DNA from: an uncultured Eubacteriales bacterium
GTDB taxonomy: Bacteria; Bacillota; Clostridia; Lachnospirales; Lachnospiraceae
Assembly: GCA_900545175.1 (NCBI GenBank)
Contig: UQYF01000005.1
Coordinates: 29,890-93,889, forward strand
DNA length: 64,000 nt
Direction: 5' to 3'
This document shows, piece after piece, positions 19,568 through 29,298 of the stretch (positions are counted from its first letter, which is position 1; each line of letters opens with the position of its first letter). The position numbers and the translations under genes are program-made. Below the pieces are notes generated by a model. It made no database searches and was not told the origin of the DNA. It saw nothing but the letters and a program-made list of their open reading frames with translations.

Positions 19568-19705
19568 CAAAAAAAGTAAAAAGCAGTGGCGGATTGTGAA
19601 GATACTTAGGAATGTGTCGGACAAATACTATAAAGTTTAAATTGCATAGTGTTGTGTATAATGATAGAATTAGCTGAAAGATTTTATGAAAATGGAGATT
19701 GCGTT

Positions 19706-22700
19706 ATGGAGAGAGTTATAAATGCAGATGAGAGCTGGATAGCAAATCCGGAGGTCTTTAGGGTGAACAGGGAGGATGCTCATTCAGATCACGCTTTTTA
19801 TGAGGAGAAGGTTACTGAGTATGGGCTTGACATGCCGCTTAGACAGAGCCTTAACGGTACTTGGAAATTTTCTTATGCCGATGTGCCGCAGAAGAGAGTT
19901 AAGGATTTTTATGAGGAGAATTCTGATATAAGCAGCTTTGCCGACATCAAGGTTCCGGGGCATATTGAGCTTGCAGGTTATGATACATGTCAATATATCA
20001 ACACAATGTATCCTTGGGAGGGACATGAAGATCTGCGTCCGCCTTTTGTACCGGTAAAGCACAATCCGGTTGGCTCATATGTGACATATTTTGATATCGA
20101 TGAGGCACTTCTCGGAAAAAAGACGTACATTTCATTTCAGGGTGTCGAGAAGGCCTTCTATGTGTGGATAAACGGTCAGTTTGTGGGATATTCGGAGGAC
20201 AGCTTCACACCGTCAGAGTGGGACATAACACCTTTTATAAAGGAGAAGGAAAATAAGCTTGCGGTTGAGGTCTATAAGCACAGCAGTGCAAGCTGGCTTG
20301 AGGATCAGGATTTTTTCAGATTTTCGGGAATATTCCGCGATGTGTATATCTATGCTGTGCCGGATACTCATGTGAGGGATATTTTTGTAAAAGCAGAGCT
20401 TAAGGATGATTATATAACAGGTACACTTGACTGCGAACTTCAAATTGATGGCAACATATCAGGAACAGTGGGTTATGAGCTTGTCGATAAGTCAGGTAAG
20501 AGCATACTTATGCGAATGGGACTTGCTTTAAAAGAAAAAATGCATTTTAAGGCGGATGTGCCTGACGTGCTTACATGGAGTGCTGAAGTTCCGAATCTGT
20601 ATCTTCTTAACATATCTGTATACAATGAGGATGGTGAGCTGATTGAATATATTCCGCAGCGTATCGGCTTCAGACGCTTCGAGATGAAGAACGGCATAAT
20701 GTGCATCAACGGAAAGAGAATTGTATTCAAGGGTGTCAACAGGCATGAATTCTCATGTGTGAACGGAAGAGCGCTAAGGAAGGAGGAGCTTCTTGAGGAT
20801 ATAAGGATTATAAAGAGCCTTAATATCAATGCTGTGAGAACCTGCCACTATCCAAATCAGAGCTACTGGTATGAGCTTTGCGATGAGTTCGGAATATATC
20901 TTATAGATGAGGCTAATCTTGAGACACATGGAACATGGTGCATCAATACCGGAAATGAGGAGCCTTATATAACACCGGGAAGTGAACCTATGTGGAAGGA
21001 GGCTGTGCTTGACAGAGCCAGGTCCATGTTAGAAAGAGATAAGAATCATCCGAGCGTGCTTATATGGTCATGCGGAAATGAATCTCATGCTGGCGAAGAT
21101 ATTCTTGCCATGAGCAGATTTTTCCACGAAAGAAATCCGGAGAGACTTGTGCATTATGAAGGCTGTGTCCATGACAGAACGTATTCGGATATAACAGACA
21201 TGGAGAGCAGAATGTATGCAAAGCCTGCCGAGATAAGGGAATACCTTGACGCTAAGCCAAAGAAGCCTTACATAAGCTGTGAATATATGCATGCTATGGG
21301 AAATTCATGCGGCGGCATGGAAAAATATACGAAGCTTGCGTACGACTACGAGCAGTATCAGGGCGGATTCATATGGGATTTTGCAGACCAGGCGATACTT
21401 ACAAGGGATGGTAAATTGATAGATGAGGATGTCATCGGAAGATATGGGAATGTCAGGACATACGAGAAGCTTCCGAATATAACTCCGGGAAGCCTTGAAT
21501 TCAAGGTTGGAGGAGATTTCAAGGAAAGACCTTGCGATTACTATTTTAGCGGAGATGGAATAATATTTGCTGACAGAAAGCTTTCACCTAAGGCACAGGA
21601 GGTCAAGTATCTCTACCAGAATATCAAGCTGCATTTGACAAATCAGGGTGTGCTTATTGTAAATGAGAGCCTTTTTGAGTCAACCTATGATTACATGTTC
21701 GAGGTTCGTCTGTTAAAGGATGGAAAAGCTGTGTGGGCAGGAACCTTTGCGAGTGATGTGGCTGCGGGTGCTGAAGAGTTCGTTCCGGTTAAATTCCCTT
21801 CAATGGAAGAGAACGGAGAGTATATCATGGAATGCCGCGCTGTGCTTATGGGCTACAGACCTTGGGCAAATGTCGGACATATAGCAGCCTGGGGGCAGAG
21901 TGAACCTTTGGTGGTAAAAAATGATAAATCGGCAGAGCAGGCAGATAGGCTGTCCGGAGAGCTTTCAGAAGAGGAAAACACACTGTCCGGTAAGGAGGTT
22001 AAATATTTTGACGATGTGGTAATGGGTGCAACCTGCATAGGTGTCAAGGCCGGACATACCCACGCAATATTCTCACGTCAGGAAGGCGGACTTATATCAC
22101 TTCGAATCAAAGGGCTTGAGACTGTAGAAAAGGTTCCGACACTGGAATTTTTCCGCGCAGCAACCGACAATGACAAGGGCAACCGCTTCCCGGTAACAAG
22201 TGCCATATGGCAGGGAATAAGCCAGATGCAAAGAAGTGATGCTGTCAAAGTCATATATGAGCTGAGAGACGGACGAAAGCTTGACGGAACAGTAACACCT
22301 GATGAATTTATCTTAAGTAAGACGGATGAACTTTACGGAACAGGACTTAAGGGTGCAGAATTTGCAAAGAATATTGCCGCTGTGGAGATAATCTGTCACT
22401 ATACCTTCTACACTAATCCTGTATCGGATGGTGAAATAATATACCGTATGCTTCCTGACGGAACCATAGAATGCCAGGGACGCTTCAATGGAAAAGAAGG
22501 GCTTCCCGATATGGCAGTATTTGGAATTAATATCACAATGGACAAGATGTTTGACAGAATGGAATTCTATGGAAGAGGACCGGAAGAAAATTATAATGAC
22601 CGCTGCGCCGGTGCAAAGCTTGGAATATATAAAGGCAGAGTGTCAGACAATGTCACACCGTATCTTGACCCACAGGAGTGCGGCAACCGCCATGATGTGC

Positions 22701-22975
22701 GTTATGTAAAGGTTGTAGATGAGTTTGGACATGGACTTAGAATAGATGCGCTTGATAAGCCGTTTGATATGACTGTACTTCCTTATTCACAGCAGGAGCT
22801 TCAGAGCGCATATAAGATTAATGATCTGCCAGTTGGACGTTATACATATGTAAGAATTCTTGGTGCAGCAAGAGGTGTATGCGGTGATGACAGCTGGGGT
22901 GCACCTGTATATCCTGAGTATTGTGTCAGTGCAAATAAGGAGCAACGAGTTGCTTTTGCAATAAAGGGATTGTAA
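19706..22975 (+). CDS. lacZ: Beta-galactosidase, glycoside hydrolase family 2 (LacZ-like, ~1090 aa)
   Basis: GH2 sugar-binding, TIM-barrel and small-chain domains; acid/base region NESH(A)G and WSCGNE-type motif; RBS GGAGA before ATG 19706. Confidence 0.85.
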   Translation: MERVINADESWIANPEVFRVNREDAHSDHAFYEEKVTEYGLDMPLRQSLNGTWKFSYADVPQKRVKDFYEENSDISSFADIKVPGHIELAGYDTCQYINTMYPWEGHEDLRPPFVPVKHNPVGSYVTYFDIDEALLGKKTYISFQGVEKAFYVWINGQFVGYSEDSFTPSEWDITPFIKEKENKLAVEVYKHSSASWLEDQDFFRFSGIFRDVYIYAVPDTHVRDIFVKAELKDDYITGTLDCELQIDGNISGTVGYELVDKSGKSILMRMGLALKEKMHFKADVPDVLTWSAEVPNLYLLNISVYNEDGELIEYIPQRIGFRRFEMKNGIMCINGKRIVFKGVNRHEFSCVNGRALRKEELLEDIRIIKSLNINAVRTCHYPNQSYWYELCDEFGIYLIDEANLETHGTWCINTGNEEPYITPGSEPMWKEAVLDRARSMLERDKNHPSVLIWSCGNESHAGEDILAMSRFFHERNPERLVHYEGCVHDRTYSDITDMESRMYAKPAEIREYLDAKPKKPYISCEYMHAMGNSCGGMEKYTKLAYDYEQYQGGFIWDFADQAILTRDGKLIDEDVIGRYGNVRTYEKLPNITPGSLEFKVGGDFKERPCDYYFSGDGIIFADRKLSPKAQEVKYLYQNIKLHLTNQGVLIVNESLFESTYDYMFEVRLLKDGKAVWAGTFASDVAAGAEEFVPVKFPSMEENGEYIMECRAVLMGYRPWANVGHIAAWGQSEPLVVKNDKSAEQADRLSGELSEEENTLSGKEVKYFDDVVMGATCIGVKAGHTHAIFSRQEGGLISLRIKGLETVEKVPTLEFFRAATDNDKGNRFPVTSAIWQGISQMQRSDAVKVIYELRDGRKLDGTVTPDEFILSKTDELYGTGLKGAEFAKNIAAVEIICHYTFYTNPVSDGEIIYRMLPDGTIECQGRFNGKEGLPDMAVFGINITMDKMFDRMEFYGRGPEENYNDRCAGAKLGIYKGRVSDNVTPYLDPQECGNRHDVRYVKVVDEFGHGLRIDALDKPFDMTVLPYSQQELQSAYKINDLPVGRYTYVRILGAARGVCGDDSWGAPVYPEYCVSANKEQRVAFAIKGL

Positions 22976-23184
22976 TGCGTAGATTTTTTAGACAATTTGA
23001 TTGATGAGATTATTTATGACAGATATTGTTTGTTAAATAAAAAACAATATTTTATATAATGACCACTTAGCACTTGAAATTTTTGTCGAAATATGAGAAA
23101 ATACAATTAATTGCGGAGAGTGGTGCCAGACACGCCACGCAGACAGCTTCGCAAATGGAATCTGATTCTGAAAGGAGTTTTACA

Positions 23185-23877
23185 ATGATTTATTCACATG
23201 AAGTAGAAAAGATGTGTACAGTCGCTCAGGGCGTACATCATGGCGCAGCGCCGGTTCCTACAGAAGGAAAATGGGTAAGAAATAAGCAGGTTACAGATAT
23301 TTCCGGTCTTACACACGGTGTAGGCTGGTGTGCACCACAGCAGGGTGCCTGCAAGCTTACTCTTAATGTTAAGGAAGGTATCATCCAGGAGGCTCTTGTT
23401 GAGACTATCGGATGTTCAGGTATGACACATTCAGCAGCTATGGCAGCTGAGATTTTACCTGGCCTTACAGTATTAGAGGCTATGAATACAGACCTTGTAT
23501 GTGACGCTATCAACACAGCTATGAGAGAGCTCGCATTACAGATTATCTACGGCAGAACACAGAGTGCTTTCTCTGAGGAAGGTCTTCCTGTAGGAGCAGG
23601 CCTTGAGGATCTTGGTAAGGGTCTTCGTTCACAGGTTGGTACAATGTATGGTACTCTTAAGAAGGGACCACGTTACCTTGAGATGGCAGAGGGCTATGTA
23701 ACAGGAATCGCTCTTGATGATGAGGGTCAGATTATCGGTTATCAGTTCGTAAGCCTTGGCAAGATGACAGATTTCATCAAGAAGGGTGACGATGCTAACA
23801 CAGCTTGGGAGAAGGCTAAGGGTCAGTACGGAAGAGTTGCTGATGCAGTAAAGATCATCGATCCAAGAGTAGAATAA
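23185..23877 (+). CDS. Conserved hypothetical Cys-containing protein that pairs with the GGGtGRT protein (possibly a NifU/IscU-like scaffold fold)
   Basis: RBS GAAAGGAG; conserved cysteines (WCAPQQGACKL, IGCSGMTHSA); strongly biased codon usage; immediately upstream of the GGGtGRT gene. Confidence 0.55.
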   Translation: MIYSHEVEKMCTVAQGVHHGAAPVPTEGKWVRNKQVTDISGLTHGVGWCAPQQGACKLTLNVKEGIIQEALVETIGCSGMTHSAAMAAEILPGLTVLEAMNTDLVCDAINTAMRELALQIIYGRTQSAFSEEGLPVGAGLEDLGKGLRSQVGTMYGTLKKGPRYLEMAEGYVTGIALDDEGQIIGYQFVSLGKMTDFIKKGDDANTAWEKAKGQYGRVADAVKIIDPRVE

Positions 23878-23893
23878 TCAGGAGGACAGTATA

Positions 23894-24904
23894 ATGGCTT
23901 TATTTGAATCATATGAAAGAAGAATTGAGAAGATCAATTCTGTTTTAAATAGCTATGGAATCGCTTCTATCGAGGAAGCTGAGAAGATTACTAAGGATGC
24001 CGGCCTTGATGTTTACAACATGATCAAGGGCGTTCAGCCAATTTGTTTTGAGAACGCTTGCTGGGCTTACATTGTAGGTGCTGCAATCGCTATTAAGAAG
24101 AATGCACGCAAGGCTTCAGAGGCTGCTGCTGCAATCGGTGAGGGCTTACAGGCTTTCTGTATCCCTGGTTCTGTTGCAGACCAGAGAAAGGTTGGTCTTG
24201 GTCATGGTAACCTCGGTAAGATGTTACTTGAGGAAGAGACAGACTGCTTCTGCTTCTTAGCAGGCCACGAGTCATTCGCTGCTGCAGAGGGTGCTATCGG
24301 TATCGCTAACAATGCTAACAAGGTACGTCAGAAGCCGCTCCGCGTTATCCTTAACGGACTTGGCAAGGATGCTGCCCAGATTATTTCAAGAATCAACGGC
24401 TTTACATACGTTGAGACAGAGATGAATTATCACACGGGAGAGGTTAAGGAAGTATTCCGTAAGTCCTACTCCAACGGTCCTAGAGCTAAGGTTAACTGCT
24501 ACGGCGCTAACGACGTAACAGAGGGCGTTGCAATCATGTGGAAGGAGAATGTTGATGTATCCATCACAGGTAACTCAACTAACCCTACAAGATTCCAGCA
24601 TCCTGTTGCAGGTACTTACAAGAAGGAGAGAATTGAGGCAGGCAAGAAGTATTTCTCAGTTGCTTCAGGCGGTGGTACAGGCCGTACACTTCATCCAGAT
24701 AACATGGCAGCAGGTCCTGCTTCCTACGGTATGACAGATACTATGGGACGTATGCACTCAGATGCTCAGTTCGCCGGTTCTTCATCAGTTCCTGCCCACG
24801 TTGAGATGATGGGTCTTATCGGTATGGGTAACAACCCTATGGTTGGTGCTACAGTTGCAGTTGCAGTTGCCATTCAGGAAGCTGCTGACAACAATAGATT
24901 CTAA
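23894..24904 (+). CDS. GGGtGRT-family protein (conserved protein of unknown function)
   Basis: Eponymous motif SVASGGGTGRTLHPDN present; RBS AGGAGGA; strongly biased codon usage. Confidence 0.8.
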   Translation: MALFESYERRIEKINSVLNSYGIASIEEAEKITKDAGLDVYNMIKGVQPICFENACWAYIVGAAIAIKKNARKASEAAAAIGEGLQAFCIPGSVADQRKVGLGHGNLGKMLLEEETDCFCFLAGHESFAAAEGAIGIANNANKVRQKPLRVILNGLGKDAAQIISRINGFTYVETEMNYHTGEVKEVFRKSYSNGPRAKVNCYGANDVTEGVAIMWKENVDVSITGNSTNPTRFQHPVAGTYKKERIEAGKKYFSVASGGGTGRTLHPDNMAAGPASYGMTDTMGRMHSDAQFAGSSSVPAHVEMMGLIGMGNNPMVGATVAVAVAIQEAADNNRF

Positions 24905-24979
24905 GAGAATCTATTATAAGTTCTAATATTGTGCGGTTTTAAAGGGTTTGCGTTAGTGTGAAAAGCTACGAAAAAGGAT

Positions 24980-25038
24980 ATGTAACTAACACGTAACTAA
25001 CAGGTAACTAACACACGTAACTAACAAATAACTAACAA
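24980..25038 (+). repeat. Five direct copies of GTAACTAACA (the last is ATAACTAACA) phased at 11/11/13/11 nt, in the 3' region of the GGGtGRT gene
   Basis: Copies start at 24982, 24993, 25004, 25017 and 25028, read directly. Confidence 0.8.
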
Positions 25039-25043
25039 AAATA

Positions 25044-25088
25044 AAGAGGGTCACAAGCACTGAAAAGTGTTTGAGATCCTCTTTTTAA
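25044..25088 (+). terminator. Probable intrinsic terminator (imperfect stem plus T5)
   Basis: AGAGGGTCACAAGCAC...GTGTTTGAGATCCTCT followed by TTTTT. Confidence 0.45.
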
Positions 25089-25537
25089 TAATGTGAAAAC
25101 AGCCTCAACCAAGCATCTGATATAAGATTATTTTATCGGTTTAGGTAAAGCGGATTGCGAATGTCCGCTTTACAGAGCATCAGTATAACAAAAATAAAAA
25201 TGCATTTGCATTTATAGAGCATATGTTCGGCAATAGCCAAGATGGTAAAAATATACATATAAAAATATAAAATGATTGCTTGAAACACATGATAACTCAT
25301 GAATTGCCGGAAAGACTTGAAGTATGCCGAATATGAAGTATAATAAATTTGATACACATGAAAAATGAAGCCGCAGTAAAACTTCTAAAGAAAGATGTGA
25401 GCATTTTTATAAGAGATTTTTGCTGCACACAGAGCAGGTTTGAAAGAGAAACTTTCAAACTATGTATTGGTGGCAGTACGGTGAGCGGTGCATGCAGTAT
25501 GCAGAGGGATAAAAAATGAAAGCGAGGGAGAAATATT

Positions 25538-26131
25538 ATGGGGCGTTTATTATTGAACAGCAGAGGACTTAATACAAGGCTTGGATGTCAGCAGATTCTT
25601 GAATGCATTCGGGATGAAAAGCTTGAAGAGAAGCGCATGTTCATCGTGTCGTATACTCCTTATGGAGTGGATGATTTGATTGTCAGTAACTGCATAGAGA
25701 TACTTGGCTTTAAAAAAGAAAATCTGTATCTGTCCGCAAATGGGATTCCGGAAGATGTGATACCGGATTACATATTTGTGACGGAAGGGAACACGTTTGA
25801 AGTGTTAAAGTATATGAGAGATAACGAGCTTGTGGATTATATCAGGAGCTTGATGAAGGGTGGTGCAGTTACATATATCGGCAGCTCGGCGGGAGCTATG
25901 CTTGCAGGCGCAGATATAATGCTTGCGGGAGATTTTGATAGAAATTTTGTCGGGATGACCGATTTTACCGCACTTAATTTATTTGATGGCACGATTATTC
26001 CGCATTATGAGCCGGAATATTTAGAAAACTATATCAGAAATACGGAGGCACATGTTATTAACAGGTATTCTAAGATTTTATCTGTATCAAATGAGGATGT
26101 GCTTGTGATTGACAATCAGAATGAAATATAA
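25538..26131 (+). CDS. Peptidase S51 (dipeptidase E / class I glutamine amidotransferase-like) family protein
   Basis: GSSAGAM motif around the nucleophilic Ser, ~200 aa, fold-level similarity to PepE. Confidence 0.6.
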   Translation: MGRLLLNSRGLNTRLGCQQILECIRDEKLEEKRMFIVSYTPYGVDDLIVSNCIEILGFKKENLYLSANGIPEDVIPDYIFVTEGNTFEVLKYMRDNELVDYIRSLMKGGAVTYIGSSAGAMLAGADIMLAGDFDRNFVGMTDFTALNLFDGTIIPHYEPEYLENYIRNTEAHVINRYSKILSVSNEDVLVIDNQNEI

Positions 26132-26268
26132 AGGCGGGAGTAAAAAATACAATGGTGAATACTATGAATTAACCGAAGCTTTTAAGAATGTACTGTAATG
26201 CCGCTTTCAGAGAATGAGGTTTCAATTACAGATGGACTTAAAAATGATGAGGTCAGAGAGGAGTCAAC

Positions 26269-27504
26269 ATGAGTGAGGTACTGTACTGGGTTATGGGCAT
26301 AATAGCCAAGATTCATAATTATATAATGCATTTAAATGATAAGTTTGAGTATAATTTTTCGGATAAGGATATGCATTTCCTTGTTATAGGTTTACTTGGA
26401 ATGCTGATGATTTTTGTTGTTTATCCGCTTTTTAAATGGCTTGCACAGAAAAAACATATCATGGTTATAGCGTGGATATATGTGTTTACACTTATTCTTG
26501 TTATCACATTTGCAATCGAAATCGGACAGAAAATCAGCAATACAGGAAACATGGAATTTGCGGATATAGTATTAGGTATTATGGGATTCATTGTTATGTT
26601 TGCGATATTTGCCGTGTTCCGCGGAATATACCATGGAATAAGATGGCTTTTTTCGCATAGATTCGTGAAGAAGGATTCTGCTTCTGAAGTCAATGACAAT
26701 GTGAATGAAAATGATGATACAAATAGCAACAATGTAAAAAAGAGTGACAATATAAGCAATGGCGCTTATGCTGATATGGAAAAAAGAAATGACACAATAA
26801 ACAGAAAAAATAATATAAACAACAATATAAATAATAAAATAAATAACGATGCCGGTTACAATCTGAAGATAAGTAAAATATTATCGGATAATACTAATGC
26901 CAATAATAAAATAAAGAAAAATGAAGGCAAAAATATAGATATAACTGGCTGTAAAAACACAGAAAATACAGAAACCAATAATAAAAATAATAATACAGAA
27001 AATAATAATAAAAATTATAATGAAAAGGACAATTATGGCTATGCACAAAAGCGTCAGAAAAATGAACCAAGCGTAAAGAGAGGCACGCATATGGCTAAGC
27101 CTGAAATATCTGAAAGCAATATCAGAAAATCTGATAGGATGGTTAGACCGGCTTTTGACATTGACAAAACAGGTGTTGATAAACAAAATATCGGCAATTC
27201 GGATATAAGTAAATTTGACAGTGATATAGCTGACATAGATATGGTAAGCGAAGATGAGAATAACTTAGCTGTTTCAGGTACGGATAATTTTAATGCATAT
27301 GAATATGTAAATAGAGAGGATGCCGATAAGCTTGACGTAGAGAATGCGGCTGCCAAAGATGTGATATATCAGCCGGATGATGACGAGCCGGAATATAAGC
27401 CTGACGGAGATTATGAGTATGAATTCAGTGAAGCCGATATACAGATTATAGAGGAACTGGCTAAAGAGGAAGAAGCAGTTTTAAACAGTGAGAATGATAC
27501 TTAA
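26269..27504 (+). CDS. Hypothetical membrane protein with an extended Asn-rich low-complexity region and an acidic C-terminus
   Basis: 3-4 N-terminal TM helices, then NNINNNINNKINND / NTETNNKNNNTENNNKNYNE tracts; very AT-rich codons. Confidence 0.5.
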   Translation: MSEVLYWVMGIIAKIHNYIMHLNDKFEYNFSDKDMHFLVIGLLGMLMIFVVYPLFKWLAQKKHIMVIAWIYVFTLILVITFAIEIGQKISNTGNMEFADIVLGIMGFIVMFAIFAVFRGIYHGIRWLFSHRFVKKDSASEVNDNVNENDDTNSNNVKKSDNISNGAYADMEKRNDTINRKNNINNNINNKINNDAGYNLKISKILSDNTNANNKIKKNEGKNIDITGCKNTENTETNNKNNNTENNNKNYNEKDNYGYAQKRQKNEPSVKRGTHMAKPEISESNIRKSDRMVRPAFDIDKTGVDKQNIGNSDISKFDSDIADIDMVSEDENNLAVSGTDNFNAYEYVNREDADKLDVENAAAKDVIYQPDDDEPEYKPDGDYEYEFSEADIQIIEELAKEEEAVLNSENDT

Positions 27505-27532
27505 AATATGATAAAAATAATTCAATAAAAAA

Positions 27533-27580
27533 TACCGGAGTGTATGATTGAAAAAATATGCACTCCGGCATTTTTTATTT
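27533..27580. terminator. Bidirectional terminator between convergent genes
   Basis: CCGGAGTG...CACTCCGG followed by CATTTTTTATTTTT. Confidence 0.5.
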
Positions 27581-27662
27581 TTAAGGAGCGTGTGTAAAAC
27601 ATGCCATGCGATTAACTGTGTATAACTAATAGACAGAGCCTGTACGTTTGGACTATGTCCGG

Positions 27663-28472
27663 TTAGTGGGCGCAGGCTTCAGCTTCGTCATACTTTTTCT
27701 TGAGGTCGGCAAGCTCATCATCGGTATGAAGTATCTCGACTTCGCCTAGAGGGTATTTCCGTCCGTTTGCTTCGAGAAAACGGTATGCCATCATAAATGA
27801 TATGTCATCAAAATTAGTCATATATGTATTGTTGATTCGATTGATATCCCATGCAGGTGTATTGTATGACGTTAAATCCATGGAGCGGAATATCTGGTCA
27901 AATGAGTCGAGGCAGATACGCTTTTGCTGTGCCATGTCAGATGACACTGTCTGTACATCAAATACTTTCAAATATATGCGCAGCCATCCGCCTATAGGAG
28001 CTTTGAACCACTGGTGTACAGTCTGATATTCCTTCTGCATTGACAAAATCAGATATTCCCAGTCAGTTGACACATATGAAGCATCAACGATAGTCTGTAT
28101 CTGTGAAGGAGTTAGCGTAAGTCCGTACTTGGCATTGAATTTTTCAACAATCCTGAGTCGTTTTGGAACAGCATTCGGAAGCTGCTCGGACTTTGGAATT
28201 GCACTGTTTCTGATTTCTTTAGCTTCTTTTTTCTTTGCTTTATCATCAGAACCGGTGAATGATTTTATTATCTTATAGAAAATATAGAACGGAAGGAACA
28301 TGGCTCCTAAGACAAACGAAAGACCTACAAGACTGCTAGAAGCGTTGGAGAAGAAAAGACATATAAGAATAAATATTATAAGTCCTTTCTTTTTCTTTAA
28401 TTTCTCAAATATTTTTGGATTGTTGCGCGCATATGCAAAATACCATATAAGAAAAAATATTATTAATCCCAT
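27663..28472 (-). CDS. Hypothetical membrane protein
   Basis: Two N-terminal TM helices; no recognisable motif. Confidence 0.5.
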   Translation of the reverse strand: MGLIIFFLIWYFAYARNNPKIFEKLKKKKGLIIFILICLFFSNASSSLVGLSFVLGAMFLPFYIFYKIIKSFTGSDDKAKKKEAKEIRNSAIPKSEQLPNAVPKRLRIVEKFNAKYGLTLTPSQIQTIVDASYVSTDWEYLILSMQKEYQTVHQWFKAPIGGWLRIYLKVFDVQTVSSDMAQQKRICLDSFDQIFRSMDLTSYNTPAWDINRINNTYMTNFDDISFMMAYRFLEANGRKYPLGEVEILHTDDELADLKKKYDEAEACAH

Positions 28473-28494
28473 TATCTTAAATCCCCCTGTAAAT

Positions 28495-29298
28495 TTAACA
28501 TTGTGAATTGTTATGCTCTGATTTTATACGCATTGCCATGTTAGCAAGTGAAGCATCGTAATAAGGGCCTACAAGAAAAATGTAAGCAACGCCTCCTGTC
28601 AGTGTGGAAAGCAACAGCCAGCCGATGAAGGAGAGATTGAGAACAAAAAGATTGAGCTTGTTTCCGTTCATCATATCACGGCTTAGGCGGAACACTTTGC
28701 GTCTGTCTATGTCAGGGTCTTCGGCAAGAAGATATGGAACCATGAAGGTCTCATAGCTTTTGATTACGCCCGGCACAATTAGGAGAAGCGACCATAAAAA
28801 TATTTTCAAACGTCTTAGAAACTGAATCAGAATCACATTCAGGTAATTATTTTCAAAACCAGCTATAATGGTTCTGTATTTCGGCTCCTGATAGTGTGCA
28901 TTCATGTAAAAGCGGCAGCAGCCGATTTCAAACGGATACACAACAAGAAAATTGTACATCAGCTTAATAAGGAATGATACAATACTTGCAAGTGCAAAGC
29001 GCCGTAACATTATAGAGTAGGTATCGTAACCGATAGTCTGTATTATTGATGAGATGTTGTTATACATTGCAGAATAAAACTCATCAAATGATGCAGAGGT
29101 TGTAAGCGACTGATAGAATGCTTCTGTGTCAAATGCACTTTCAACCTGCATTGTGCCATCTAATATGTAATTAAAGATAAGAATTATTCCTGTTCCTGTG
29201 ATAAAGCTTGCCAGCACGCACTTGAAAAAATAGGAGCTCAAAATTCTGCGTGCAGCTTTTTTAATGCTTGAAATCTGGTGATTCATATTAATCTCCAT
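28495..29298 (-). CDS. Hypothetical integral membrane protein (DUF975-like)
   Basis: ~267 aa, several TM helices, architecture resembling DUF975 membrane proteins. Confidence 0.45.
   Translation of the reverse strand: MEINMNHQISSIKKAARRILSSYFFKCVLASFITGTGIILIFNYILDGTMQVESAFDTEAFYQSLTTSASFDEFYSAMYNNISSIIQTIGYDTYSIMLRRFALASIVSFLIKLMYNFLVVYPFEIGCCRFYMNAHYQEPKYRTIIAGFENNYLNVILIQFLRRLKIFLWSLLLIVPGVIKSYETFMVPYLLAEDPDIDRRKVFRLSRDMMNGNKLNLFVLNLSFIGWLLLSTLTGGVAYIFLVGPYYDASLANMAMRIKSEHNNSQC

Noticed and set aside
23074-23184. Upstream TTG-initiated extension of the ORF preceding the GGGtGRT gene
   Set aside because: It has no RBS, whereas GAAAGGAG sits 6 nt before ATG 23185. The extension overlaps the likely promoter region.
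24980-25038. Possible CRISPR array
   Set aside because: The repeat unit is only 10 nt with 1-3 nt spacers, and no cas genes are present. It is a short phased direct repeat, not CRISPR.
25133-25357. 74-aa hydrophobic minus-strand ORF in the AT-rich spacer
   Set aside because: Tyr/Phe/Ile-rich translation typical of AT-rich non-coding DNA. It has no RBS and overlaps the predicted promoter and the GCGGATTG hairpin.
26269-27504. Mobile element or phage origin for the Asn-rich gene
   Set aside because: No integrase, transposase, terminal repeats or tRNA nearby. Only compositional deviation is observed, so it is reported as a finding rather than as a mobile element.
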